52,028 nt of DNA, filler included, from Squatina squatina (GCA_031763465.1; 3 parts of 3 records of this genome joined end to end with filler, not necessarily neighbours in it); one strand, 5' to 3'. Positions 1 through 12,499 are shown, numbered from the whole stretch's first letter. Made by a program: numbers and translations. Notes: generated from the sequence alone by a model not told the origin.

Positions 1-1219
1 TGACTACACTTCAAAAGTACTTCATTAGTTGTAATGCACTTTGGGGCACCCTAAGGTTGTGAAAGGTAGTATATAAATTCCATCCCTCCCCATATTTTCA
101 AAGGTCTGTTTTCCACATGAACACAAAGTTAATTTTCTATTACCCCAGTCAATCAGTCAGTAAATTTATAGGTAGAGCCAATAGCTGTAAATTGTTCTAC
201 AAGAATAGTATTGTAGGAAGAGACCTGGATTAGAAATGATTGACTTGATTTGCATAAGATTTTGCTTTAGTTGCAGATATTCAAGAATGTTAATAGCTGT
301 ATGTTTCTCAATTTACATGCAAGTTGGTACATATTTACTTCAAGCATCATTGAATAACTTGTGGCTATATACTGGCCTAATAAGCCAGGAACATTTTATT
401 TCTCCAAGAATAAACATCTGCTCTCTTGAACCTTGTCTTCCCGACAGCGACTATGGTAGAAAGGGGGTGGCCAGTCTGCTCTGAGGTCTCCAACAATGCA
501 CTTCTAAACCAGTTATCAATTGGTGCATGAAAGAAGCCTGAGCAATAGTGTCCCTCCGATCATCTCCCTCCCTGTGGCCTTGGCTTTGTGCTCCCTGGCA
601 ATGATGTGGCTGAGGTCGAGAACTTGATGATACAGGGAATTAAATCTGTATCACTCTCTGGTATAGTGCATCAGCACTTCAATAAACTGTTACACTGCAT
701 TGCCCAGCCAGCTAAATCTTCTCTTTCAAACACTTTTCGTACACAATGCTAATGCTTAAAAGTACTGACAGTATGAGTATGAAAACAGCTTCTTGGTTCA
801 CCAGCCTTTACTGCCAATTTTATGACAAATTGTAAACTGATTTTTTTTGATGCTACATTCAATTTGTTTTATGATGACAGGAAATAAATTATATTCTGCT
901 AATTGCAATAAATATTGTGCATGTGTATAAGGTAGCAAATTATGCGCAAACATAATATTAAAAATCATGATTTTTGACAGATCAAGAACATAAATTGCTA
1001 CAGGAAAGTAAAGAAAGTTTAAGATGCAGAGAAAGACAGAATGAAGGTTTAAGGTGCAGAAAAATAGAAATTTAGAATAATATACAACATTTAATGAGAA
1101 AAATCTCTTTCCACAGACTATGAGCAATGTTATTGTTGAATCTACCACCCGTTCATTCTCTTAAGGAAAAGTTCTGCACAAATATTACCTGATCTCTAAA
1201 GGTAATCAAGAAAAACTCT

Positions 1220-1580
1220 AGGGAGGCCCAATTGGTTAGTTGGTGCAGGTGCAGATTGGGCGCGAAATGGGCGTTTTTGGAGTAATGCCCGTTTTCGGCG
1301 TTAGCTGGCTCCGATGCGGAATGGGCACTTGCACAGGAGCACTAGGAACGTGCCGTCGGCCATTGGATGGCATCCATGACATCATCAAGAGACGCAATGC
1401 CCAAAATGGCCGCACACCTAGAATTCGTTAGCGCTGCAAACAATAAAAAATAGTAGTGCCCGCGCCCAGTTTTTCAGGCGGTGACGCACTCCTTCTACTG
1501 ATTTATGGTACTATTTAAAGAGGTAGCAGCGTGCGCCATGTTGCTTGCAGAAATCGCATTGCTCATGGTCAATTCTGACT
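1220..1580. mobile_element. CpG-rich non-autonomous DNA-transposon-like insert
   Basis: Isolated CpG-rich block in AT-rich DNA. Starts GGGAGGCCCAATT, similar to the Harbinger-like terminus at 51407. Right end unclear. Confidence 0.4.
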
Positions 1581-3924
1581 GGAGGCATTGTCTGCGAGTC
1601 GGGAGCTCCATTCCCCCAGAAAACTTTGCCTTTGGCTGAGCATTTCAGTGCTCAGGAGATCGTTCTAAATCGGGCATGGGTGCTGCTTTAGCGGTGGACT
1701 GGAAACTCCACTGACACCACATGATNNNNNNNNNNNNNNNNNNNNNNNNNNNNNNNNNNNNNNNNNNNNNNNNNNNNNNNNNNNNNNNNNNNNNNNNNNN
1801 NNNNNNNNNNNNNNNNNNNNNNNNNAAGGACATTACTGGCAAGTTTTGGTGCCTCAACGTAATTATGTCAGGCACATGTTTGAGCAACTACAGTAATGGA
1901 GAATGCAAGTGTTACCACTTCAGTGTGAAGTTGGTATGTTTACCTGCCAGATATTTTAAAGGGTAAAATCTGAGGTGATATACGATACGAATTGCAGTGT
2001 GTGATTTTTAAGTGCATTAATGATTGAATTTTCATTTTCTGAATATTGACCAAATATTTCTATCCTTTGGGAATGCTGATCATTGTGAGTCTGATATTCT
2101 TAGCTCTGCTTAATATCTCCTCTTGAGCAATCCCATTTCAAGTAACAATATCAGGACAGCTTCACATCACACATGTAACTGACTCACTGTCATGCAGAGA
2201 GTGGCACTGAGTGGTTTTGACTACACAGAAGTCCTTGACCCATTTGTCGATTCTGTGAACTGGAGGTGAATGCATTGAGCTGAGTACTTACTAAGGGAGT
2301 AAGGTGGAGAGGGGGGAGGAAAATTGTTACATTTAAAGGATGTTTTTTAACTAAATACTGAGTAAGATGTTTGATCTGCTTTAATCAGAAGTCCTGTGAG
2401 AACTCAAGTTTGTAAATAGCATCTTTTTTTACATAAAGAACTTGAACAGATGTTATGGCTTAAGAGATTCAGAAGGATTTGGGGTAAATGAGGCTTTCAT
2501 CTGAGCCCTCGGGAACCATTTGCTCAAAGTGATGTACACCACACAGCACTGTAACTGTCAGCTTGTGTCATGTCAGACACACTGACTGTAGTAAGCAGCA
2601 CGGATGGTTGCCGTCCTCTGGAATCGGACTGCTTTACNNNNNNNNNNNNNNNNNNNNNNNNNNNNNNNNNNNNNNNNNNNNNNNNNNNNNNNNNNNNNNN
2701 NNNNNNNNNNNNNNNNNNNNNNNNNNNNNNNNNNNNNCTCCTATAGACCTCCCATCTGAGAATTGGTGAAAATTGTCCTTTTATAGGGAGCTCTGATGTA
2801 AATGCCAGACAAGGTTAGGATTCTAATCTTGGTCTCTTCGTCAAGAGTTCATTTTCCCCGTGCTGCAGTTATCACACATGAACATATGTGGGTTTTTTTT
2901 AAGTCACGTTGTATATTTGACTTCCTCAAACTGTTTATCAGATATTATGAATATGTTTGTTTAAATCTGAAGCTCTCTATTGCTCTGAAGATCACAATAA
3001 GCTAAAATAAATGGCAGGTATGTTAAACAATGGGTCTAGGTTTGTCAGTGGAAGTTTCATAATGTTATTGTTTTTATACATTTTATAACAAGTCTGTTAA
3101 AATTCTGTTTTCTATTTTAGCTTTTTTTTTCAGTTGTCTCAGTAATGCAAAACTTTTTATTTTTAGTCTTGTAATCTATTCTTTTGTGTCAACAAAACAG
3201 AGGCTCGAGCAATTTTGTGGCCTTGGCCTGATAATATGGCTTTTCTTTGAATGGCAGGCATCTTCCCTGAAGTGACATATGCAAATATGCAACTGAATGC
3301 ACCTCACAAGCAGCTGCCTGTTACTTTGACATCGTGTGTGCTCGGATTTTCCCAAAGCCTCTTACATGACCTGAAGTTTAAAGGTCAAGGGTCAGTTCCA
3401 TCAACTGTCATGCTGTAAAGTAGTGATTGTCAGCACGTGCATAGTTACAAATTAACACTGTATGAATTCCCTATCGTCTGTCACTCCGCTTCTCTGTGCA
3501 GACCCAGTTTCCTTTCCTTTCTCATTTGTTGGCCATAAACACCACTTTCTTTCACTTATTAGCAATGAACCATCTTTTTGATTACTTCCACGATATATTT
3601 GTATGCTAGTCAGGTAAAGTATTTTCTTCTGTTTTTGAATATTTCCTACAGTCATTGTCTGCCAACTAATATAGTTTGTGATATTAAAAACATTCTGATG
3701 AATATTTATGTAACTACTGTCATACAAAATGTTCCCCTCCACTCACAACATTATGAGCTGTGTTCTTAATTAGAGATTGGAAAATTCAGTGCTTCAAGTG
3801 TCACTGCAATTGNNNNNNNNNNNNNNNNNNNNNNNNNNNNNNNNNNNNNNNNNNNNNNNNNNNNNNNNNNNNNNNNNNNNNNNNNNNNNNNNNNNNNNNN
3901 NNNNNNNNNNNNGTCAGTGACGTA

Positions 3925-4350
3925 CCGTAGATCACGGTGTACAAGCCGACCCCGAGTATAAGCCGACCCCTGTCTTTAGAGGCAAAAAACGTGGTATAAG
4001 CTGTCCCCAGGTGCAGTGAGCAGACAGCCGACTTAGGCAGTCGGCGTGCTGCTGCGGTTGGTGCTGCTCGGGAAGCAGTAGAAGTAGAAGGGCTTGAGGC
4101 ATGGGCGCTTGGTGTGCCACTGCGGTCGGTGCTGCTCGGGAAGCGGGAGAAATAGAAGAGCTTAAGGCACGGGCACTTAGCATGCCGCTGCGGCCGGTGC
4201 TGCTCGCACGCCATCTGCCGCCACTCGCTCAGGCCGCTTATCGGTTGAAATTTCTAGGTTCACTTTTGATACCCTTTGTATAAGCCGATCCCCAAACTAT
4301 GAGACTAAAAATCTGGTACAAATTGTCGGCTTGTACACTGGGATCTACGG
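3925..4350. mobile_element. Complete non-autonomous Tc1/mariner (Tc2/pogo-like) MITE, 426 bp
   Basis: 26-bp TIRs CCGTAGATCACGGTGTACAAGCCGAC (3925-3950) and 4325-4350 with 2 mismatches. TA on both flanks (3923-3924, 4351-4352). Subterminal TATAAGCCGA repeats. Confidence 0.9.
4053..4206 (+). repeat. 68-bp tandem repeat (about 2.3 copies) inside the MITE
   Basis: TGCGG(Y)(Y)GGTGCTGCTCG starts at 4053, 4121 and 4189. Confidence 0.85.
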
Positions 4351-5362
4351 TACACCCAATTTCTCTTGCTCAGTGAACCTCCTATGCCATTTATTCATAG
4401 CTAATGTGCTGAAAACAGTGAAGAAATCCCCCACCCCTGCCCTCAAATATCTGGAGCACACTACACCCTACCTGAACAAGGTAATCTCCAAATCTCTGGT
4501 AGAACAACTAAAATCTATCAGGCATTGACACAATGAGCAAGCTTGACAGCACACACTAACAGCTCTGCGTCTTGGGGTGATCCATAACCCAAGCCACTTA
4601 ATAAAGACAACGCAGTACCATCATGAACACTGTATACAATGAATGTAATGTATGTTATTGTAACTGAAGAACGATTGCAATAAAGAAACAATCCCAGATT
4701 GCCACATTGTAAATTTATGAGCTATGGTAGAGGCTGATCTTAAATTCTTTAAGAACTGGGCCCTATTTTTTTCTATCTGCAAACTCAAGTTTCATTTTAA
4801 AATGATTTGCTTTTTCTGTTCAAATCACTACAATCTTATAATACACTAATAAATGATAAAGTGGTCAGAAATTCAGCATTTAGAATAACTATATTGTATG
4901 TATAAAGTCTCATAAAATTCCACCATGAACAAACAAGGCAAATTTTAAAGTTCTACTAAAACTTTACTCGTATAAAGCTTGGAATACAGAAGTGAACATT
5001 AGATCATTTACAAAATACGCATGTATAAACTCCACTGCCAGTAGTACATAATGGGGCTGTGCCAATAACAATTTGCGAGGTCTGGGGCAAGAACAGATGG
5101 CAATGGTTAACTGGGAATATATTTATATGTCTTAAATAGCCTTTGTATTAGATGACATATACAGCTTTTAATATGTACTGAAATATTTGCTTTGAAGCTT
5201 TTGGTTTNNNNNNNNNNNNNNNNNNNNNNNNNNNNNNNNNNNNNNNNNNNNNNNNNNNNNNNNNNNNNNNNNNNNNNNNNNNNNNNNNNNNNNNNNNNNN
5301 NNNNNNNNNNNNNNNNNNNNNNNNNNNNNNNNNNNNNNNNNNNNNNNNNNNNNNNNNNNNNN

Positions 5363-5636
5363 CGCCCATTTAAGACGGAGATGAGGAGGAATTTCTTCTC
5401 TCAGAGGGTCGTGAATCTTTGGAATTCTTTATCCCAGAGGTCTGTAAAGGATGAGTTATTTGAATATATTCAAGGCTGAGATAGACAGATTTTTGATCAG
5501 CAAGGGAATCAATTGTTATGGGAAAAGGCAGGAAAGTGGAGCTGAGGCAAATATCAGATCAGCCATAATCTTATTGAGTGGCGGAGCAGGCTCAAGGGGC
5601 TGAATGGCCTACTCCTGCTCCTATTTTATATGGTCT
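5363..5636 (+). mobile_element. CR1-type (HER1-like) LINE 3' end
   Basis: ORF2 C-terminus FKTEMRRNFFSQRVVNLWNSL, then 3' tail GGCGGAGCAGGCTCAAGGGGCTGAATGGCCTACTCCTGCTC. Same tail at 10932-11120, 28429-28570 (with TTTTCTATG repeats), 34887-35017 and 30380-30497(-). Confidence 0.85.
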
Positions 5637-8249
5637 TAACAAATGCCGTAATGTTAGCGTTTTTAGAATTGATGCTTATACTTCAGAGAAAATTAAACTT
5701 TAAAAAAACTATGCAAAGGAATGCTTGTTGTGAAGTAATTAGGTGGGAAAGGTCTACCATACAGTCACCCAAATTGTAATTAATATTGATTTTATTACAG
5801 TCAGATTGTCTATGCTCTCGTTAGATTCCACTGTCTCTGATATCATTTAAGCAGGCGCGTGACAGCTCTCGTGGATAATTTGACAAAGTGGTTGAGGCAA
5901 TGTAATTGTATTTATTGTGTTTTGTGAAGAAATTAAACATACAATAATTTTTCACTTTTATGATTTGTAGATTAGGAGGGATATAATTTATGGAGAATAT
6001 ATCTAATTTCATCCTATGATAGATTATGTTTTCAGCCATGCAGTACAGATGGATTCAAACCTTAAAGATTTCTTCCTCGGGTGATAAACAATGCTGTTAG
6101 TGGGTCATCATACCAATATACTGTGTTATGGAATAGTAAGATGTGGGCTGTGATTAACAACCATACAATGAATTTCTAATCTCAATTAGGTCAGTAATGG
6201 GAGGTACTTAATTGACGTAGACATTTCTATGTGAAAGAGGGGTAAATCACCCTTATCCAGTGCTTCATTGTGTGTGCGCTGTATGCGCTATGCCCATTTT
6301 GCCCATTTTACCAATTTAGCAGTGAAACGACTTGCATTCAATCTGCACCACTAANNNNNNNNNNNNNNNNNNNNNNNNNNNNNNNNNNNNNNNNNNNNNN
6401 NNNNNNNNNNNNNNNNNNNNNNNNNNNNNNNNNNNNNNNNNNNNNNNNNNNNNNGCCAATGGGCCAGCCCTCCAGAACAGTGGGGGAAAACTGGTGGGAA
6501 GGGTCCAGAGTGCCTAAGACGTTAAGTATGTGCCACAACAGTGGAGAAGTAAAGCCTATGCTCAGAAACATATACATGTACAGGCCAGTTATTAGTAAAA
6601 GTTACATTAGTGCTCCAATTTCTAGGCTAGTGCAGTTCAAATTCTATTCATGCATCCAAAAATAACACATTCAGTTTTATTATTAGCAATTCACACACAC
6701 TAAATCCCAGTTGTGAACAGCNNNNNNNNNNTCAAAGGATAAAAGTAATTGAGTGTCAGGGGTGAACTGACCGTACCTTCAAAGATATTGAAAAGAATTA
6801 GGCTCAGGATGCTCAATGTGGTCAACAATATCAGTAACAGTAACTGAATCATGCTGTGCAGTGATTTATTAATATGGCGGGATGGAAATCAACAGGGGCT
6901 TAAAATCCGCTGACAAGCACAACAGGATATAAAGAACAATGCAAAGGCAGTGAACCTGGAAACAATATTTTTACATGGTTGTTCTAAACATGCAACAAAG
7001 GTAAACAATGCCTCCGTTGCCACTCCCGTGCCGCCCATTGTTCAGAAACCATATTGAATTCTGAGAGAGTGGGCTACAGGGATTTATTACCTTGTAAGCA
7101 TTAGTCATGATTGCGCATTAGGACTGTGCTGGAACATAGTCCCTAGACTGTGTTTGCTGTCAGTCAAGTACATCACGCAATCTTACAACCAGTTAATTGC
7201 AAGAAATGTTGTTACAAGTATGTCAAGGACAACAATTTTCTGCTATTAAGTGCTATGCATTAGTCAAACTTGTGCACTAGTCAAACCTTTCACTTCCAGT
7301 TTTCAAAAATTGCTGCTAAATAAAGATTTTGTATTTTTAAAAAGTATTGTCATTTAAAGCTGCAGGATTCTATCCTTTGTTGTTATAATCAAAACATGTC
7401 AAAAAAAAAGCTTCTGATAAAAACTTGCCAATTATATGCCATTGTACGTCTTTTGGAGATTGAAACTCACATCCATTGCAACAAAATAATTTATGAAAAT
7501 AAAGCTTTACACCTTTCCAAAACCACCTCAGTACCTTTCTTGTGCATCTATGAGCAGCTTGCTGTTTCATTTATAAGCCCATTTTTTGCCAAATGGCAAT
7601 TATATTTGTCCTGAACTATTCTCTCTGAAAGTTCCCCCACCACTGGCATTCGGCTGACTGGCCTGTAGTTGCCGGGTTTATCCCTCTATCCTTTATGAAA
7701 CAGCGGTGAAAAATTTGCAATCCACCAGTCCTTTGGCACCACCCCCATATCCAGGAAGGATTGGAAGATTGTGGCCAGCACCTCCACAATTTCCACCCTT
7801 CAGTAACCGAGGAGACATCCTATCCGGACCAAGTGACTTTTCTACTTTGAGGACTGCCACACTTTTAAGTACATCATCTTACCTATTTTATCCTATCCAA
7901 AATTGCTACTGCCTGCTACTCCACTCCGACATTGGCAGTATCCTCTTCTCCGGTGTCCTGGCCAATATTTATGCCTCAATCAACATAACTAAAACGCGTT
8001 TCCTACATTACAACAGTGACTACACTTCAGAAGTGCTTCATTGGCTGTAAAGGGCTTTCGGACGGCATGAAAGGCTCTGCAGAAATGCAACTTTTTCTTG
8101 CCCAGTTCCATTGGCTTCTCTTGCCCTNNNNNNNNNNCTTTCTAGTGAAGACTCCTTTAGTACCTCAGTCAGGCCCTCCGCCTCCACAAGAAGATCTCCT
8201 TTTTGGTCCCTAATCAGCTGATCCGTACTTACAAAGTATTAAGGGGGCC

Positions 8250-8965
8250 CAACTGGTGTGCTGGTGCTACCCGGGCTCGAAAGCAGCGAAATTGGAAAAT
8301 TTTCCCTATTTCCCAATTGGGCCTGGCCTCGTGGCTGGGGACGCCGGGGTCGGGTGCGTGACGCCACCAAGTCGCGGGCCGACTCCTCCATGCCGGCCTG
8401 TGACCTCTCCTCTGCGTTGCTGGCGAGCCGCCTCTGAAAATGGAAGGTGGCTCACTGGTGAGACCCCAGGCGTCGGCAATGAGACGGCTTACCTGGCATC
8501 GCCAAGGCAGGTTAAAGGTGTGGGTGCGATTTTTTTGCATCGGCCGACTTCATTGTCAGCCGACATTTGCAGGCCAATCGTCCTGAATGACCCCTGCCCA
8601 CAGTTGCTGGCACACTCTCCTGCGTGTTGGCAATTTTCTGCGCCTGCACCCGGGTCCCTGGCGGCGCTGGATTCCCCTCAATGGCAAAAGCGGCCCTTCC
8701 ATTTAAGGCAGGGGTTGTGGGGCTGCGGCTGGCGCATGTGCGTTTGCCTCGGCAGCGTGGCGCGAGTCACGCTGCCAGCGCAACCCGGCAGTGACGCGGC
8801 ATTGGCCGGGTCAGCGCCGTGGTAACGCTTGTTCAGCTGTACTGGAATGGTGACTAAGTCACCAATGCCGCTCAACTCACACTCGCTGCTGGCACGGCGC
8901 CCTCACGGCGAGGGACACCCGAATGCAGCGGCTGGTTTCAGCGCTGACCAATTGGGCGTCCATAT
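8250..8965. promoter_or_regulatory. CpG island, probable EDRF1 promoter (possibly bidirectional)
   Basis: Abrupt GC/CpG-rich block upstream of the EDRF1 exons. Contains NRF1-like GCGCATGTGC (8732-8741), RFX X-box-like CCGTGGTAAC (8817-8826), CCAAT/ATTGG boxes (8801, 8862, 8948) and CRE half-sites TGACG. Confidence 0.65.
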
Positions 8966-9734
8966 AGCACAGAAACAGACCATTTGGTCCAACAGATCCC
9001 AGCCCGTCTATGCTCCACCCTTTTACTACTTGAATTTGTAAAAGAATTTAGGTTCCCTTNNNNNNNNNNNNNNNNNNNNNNNNNNNNNNNNNNNNNNNNN
9101 NNNNNNNNNNNNNNNNNNNNNNNNNNNNNNNNNNNNNNNNNNNNNNNNNNNNNNNNNNNTGACTATCAGAAGGAGGAATCATGGTTGGTTCACCCCCTTC
9201 ACCCCAACCTAATTGGAGGGAGTTGTAAAATTAGACTTGTTAGATTTTTAAAGTGAATATTGGTGTACCATTTGGAAGTCTTACAAATGTATACATCATT
9301 AATCAAGAAATTAATAGTGGTGTATTTTTTTAAAGATGTCCTTAATTCAAAACTGTCTGAGGCTCTCGCTATTTGCATCTACATCTATTAAGTTTTCTCA
9401 GTTATTGGCAATCCACTAAATTGCAAAATGTCCCCTCCTTTCCACTGTGCGCACACATGCTCCATTTGAGATACTAATTGCTGAATGATTTATGATCAGT
9501 AACTGCAAGTATGACTGTTTAAAATGTGCCATTGGTTTCACTGGTGCTAATAAAATGTAAAAATCACCTTTTGAGAATTCTTCTTGCTAATAAAATGCTG
9601 GAAATACACTAACTGAAGAGGAAAGAGAAGTTAATGTACAACTCTATCAGAATTATTCCTCTTTAGCTTGAAAAAGGATTTATATCCATTGTAGATTTAT
9701 TAAGAATATTAAACTTGATTTATTTTTCCTTAAG

Positions 9735-9801
9735 CTTTGGAATGGCATATGACTTCATTGACTGCATTGGGAATGATGTTGACGTTGTGTCCGATTCTGA
9801 G
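9735..9801 (+). CDS. EDRF1: EDRF1 (erythroid differentiation regulatory factor 1) internal coding exon, 67 nt
   Basis: Acceptor tttttccttaag and donor gtattg. Translates (S)FGMAYDFIDCIGNDVDVVSDSE, matching recalled vertebrate EDRF1 SFGMAYDFIDSVGNDVDVVSDSE. Confidence 0.93.
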
Positions 9802-10117
9802 GTATTGTATTCATATTGATATACATTTAATGACTAGTTAGAATTTATTTGTGTAAAGCCCCAGCTTGTCTAAACAGTATATCAAATTTTGAAAGTTTCT
9901 GAAAAAATAATCTCCCCATCAATCCTCTATTTAAATACAATTTTAAAGCAATTATAGTTTAATTCATATCAACAGAAGCTAATTATCTCTGGTAAAACTG
10001 GCTGGAAGGATTTACTGAGTCACTCATTTGAAGGTGTATACAACAATTAACATAATTGCTGAAGCGTTCTTATTAACTTTCTACTGATAATTTAGTCTGC
10101 TTGCACTGTTCATTTAA

Positions 10118-10322
10118 GGGTGCATTTAAACCACAATTTGTAATATTGGTGCAAAGTGGTTTCATCTTGCGTTGATGTCGCAGTCATAGTGTAAATACAT
10201 CCTGAATCCTAATACTGGAGAGCACTGCAGTGAGACTTGTCACTCAATTTACACTACATAAGGTTAGCACTATTATGATGCTGAAATCACTTTGCACCAA
10301 TGCTAAACTTGCAAGTGTGTCC
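10118..10322. mobile_element. Palindromic MITE-like remnant in an EDRF1 intron
   Basis: ATTGGTGCAAAGTGGTTTCA (10145-10164) vs TGAAATCACTTTGCACCAAT (10282-10301), 19/20 inverted match, plus inner TAGTGTAAAT/ATTTACACTA. Confidence 0.6.
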
Positions 10323-11420
10323 TTTGTGATACTGCTTCAAGTAAACCTACTGTTTAGATATGTTCTAGATTTAAAAAGAATCTGTATTTTGTAACTTTTT
10401 CCCCTAAATTTCTCCCCATTTTTTTCTCTCATCAAATATGGTGATTCATACTGGTTTATAATTAATTGGATGCAGCAGCACCTCTGGTGTCTTGTCCCAG
10501 TAGCTGTTCATGTGTGAGCCCTGACATTGTTACGATCGGAAAGCCTAGGCTTTACTAATGGGAGCCCATTGATTTTAAATGAAACCCTGTTGGCATTGCG
10601 ATTGGGAAAACTAGGCTATCCCATGGAGGCTATCGCAGCGGCGTCTAACTCTGCCCTCGTCTGATGCCCACATGCCTTCAGTTTTTAGGCAGGGGTCTCT
10701 GGGCAGTGATTGGGAGTGGGAACCCTGTTTTTTTTTTACAAGGGCATTGAGATCAACTGCAGCAACTCAAGGACTGCCGGTCTGACTAAGAGCCAACTAC
10801 CCCTGCAAAGTCTGTGGATCGAAACAGGGGANNNNNNNNNNNNNNNNNNNNNNNNNNNNNNNNNNNNNNNNNNNNNNNNNNNNNNNNNNNNNNNNNNNNN
10901 NNNNNNNNNNNNNNNNNNNNNNNNNNNNNNNAGCTGTGGATGCTCAGTCGTTGCGTATATTCAAGACAGAGGTCGATAACTTTTTGGGAACTAAGGGAAT
11001 TAAGGGATATGGGAATAGTGCGGAAAGGTGGAGTTGAGGTGGAAGATCAGCTATGATCTTGTTGAATGGCGGAGCAGGCTCAAAGGGCCAAATGGCTTAC
11101 TCCTGCTCCTATTTCTTTTGTTTGTTTATATCGAATAGCATTGTTGAAAATGCCCCAAAGAAGCTAGAATCTATGTATACTGAACTATTAAATATTTCAG
11201 TTGGTTTAATTAAAGAGTTTGGAACAGAACTTGTATTTTTTTAAATTCAGTTGTTAGTTTACTATGTTGAACTCTGATTGTGATGGCGCTTCTGTTTATA
11301 TAATAAAAAATACTTAAGATATGGAAGAACATTTCCTTTTTCAATTTCCCTAGAACGTCATCAGATGTTAGGTTTTTGTGAACATAATATTGATTTTTTT
11401 TCCTCTCTGAATAATTTTAG

Positions 11421-11580
11421 CATCAATGGAGATTGTGGAGCAGAAGCAGTTCCAACTCCTATAGCGCAACCTGCTGACACCCAGTCCCAGGAAAACCCAA
11501 TAGAAGTAGAGGAATCCTCCTGGCCTGCACCTCTGAGAACTCCTGCTTCTGTCCCTGAAGATGGAAATCCTCAGGAACAG
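11421..11580 (+). CDS. EDRF1: EDRF1 internal coding exon, 160 nt
   Basis: Acceptor ataattttag and donor gtaaaa. Translates (S)INGDCGAEAVPTPIAQPADTQSQENPIEVEESSWPAPLRTPASVPEDGNPQEQ, collinear with recalled EDRF1 SINGDGAAQPV...GASWPAPFEMPSSVSEDPSASSQ. Same strand and order as the 9735 exon. Confidence 0.88.
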
Positions 11581-12039
11581 GTAAAATGATTTAATCTGTG
11601 TGAAATCTACATATCTCATCGCTTCTTAAGATGAAGTTAAATTAAATACTGTTGAGATAGAATTTTTCACATGTTAATTAGTTATCCAAATTTGTGTCGG
11701 TATCATTAATTAGCACCATTTGAACTCTTGTACTCCTGCGTCTGTGCTGAGGCAAATTCTTTCCAGTGATGTGAAAGGGTGTTTAAATCATGAGGCTATC
11801 TGTGCTATATGTTGAGATACACAGCAGATGCTGCTGTTCTGTCTGACAAGAACTAATGCAATGGGTTCCCCGAAGGAATAAATATGAAAAACAGCAGCGA
11901 AGACTTTACAAAGAGGTGTAAACCATCCCTGACAAAAGCGTTATGATTTGTGTCTCAAAGGTAAAAGCTAAATTTTAAAATAAAAGTTATACTTGAAAAC
12001 GTTTAACATATACAGATATAAACTTTGCACTTACTTTTC

Positions 12040-12385
12040 AATTTACTTCCCTGAGCCCGTTTTCCTCCCTCCTGTTCTGAAGATGTTGGTTCCTTGCTGA
12101 TCGAATGGTTGCACAGATGCTGTTCACGCTTTGGCTCGCCCAAGTGACCATTCTTTGCGTGTGAGCCCACACAGTCAGTTTCAGCAGGCATTTGACCAAG
12201 GAGGGTATCACAGCTGAGCCTCATCCACACACACAAAAAAATCACCAGTTGTTATTGAAAAGCAATTCGGAGCAACTTGGCTGATTTGTCCTTTCCTTTC
12301 TTTAGCCCAGGAGTACAGATCAATGATAGTTCTCTTATCGCCCCAGCTGAGAGCTAAGATCACTTAACAAAGCACAGAGCTGGGG
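12040..12385 (-). repeat. Old unclassified dispersed repeat, probably a tRNA-SINE family on the minus strand
   Basis: Shared motifs (CCCAAGTGACCATTC..GTGTGAGCC; GGCTGATTT..CCCAGG..CACTGAG..CAGCTAA..GCACAG) also at about 10478-10831, 37310-37500, 48517-48670 and 49990-50073. Confidence 0.5.
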
Positions 12386-12399
12386 GGGGGGGGGTGCCC

Positions 12400-12499
12400 N
12401 NNNNNNNNNNNNNNNNNNNNNNNNNNNNNNNNNNNNNNNNNNNTTAATTAATTAANNNNNNNNNNNNNNNNNNNNNNNNNNNNNNNNNNNNNNNNNNNN
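12400..12499. other. Synthetic scaffold-concatenation linker
   Basis: Exactly 44 N + TTAATTAATTAA (12444-12455; palindromic, stops in all six frames) + 44 N. Confidence 0.95.

Noticed and set aside
2198-2265. Exon-like RVALSGFDYTEVLDPFVDSVNW on the plus strand
   Set aside because: Weak polypyrimidine tract and donor, no partner exons, and the peptide is not recognised.
4053-4206. 68-bp periodic repeat as a CRISPR-like array
   Set aside because: The whole unit is repeated with no unique spacers, it lies inside a MITE in vertebrate DNA, and there are no cas genes.
8256-8825. 189-aa plus-strand ORF as EDRF1 exon 1 or a novel protein
   Set aside because: Non-ATG start, stop-poor GC-rich island DNA, and no resemblance to the recalled EDRF1 N-terminus.
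11354-11371. Frame-preserving 18-nt EDRF1 microexon after a strong acceptor
   Set aside because: The donor (gttttt) is poor and the downstream intron would be only 49 nt.
12444-12455. TTAATTAATTAA as a biological palindrome, piggyBac TTAA site or homeodomain site
   Set aside because: It is centred in exactly 44+44 Ns and repeated identically at 27465, so it is a synthetic linker.
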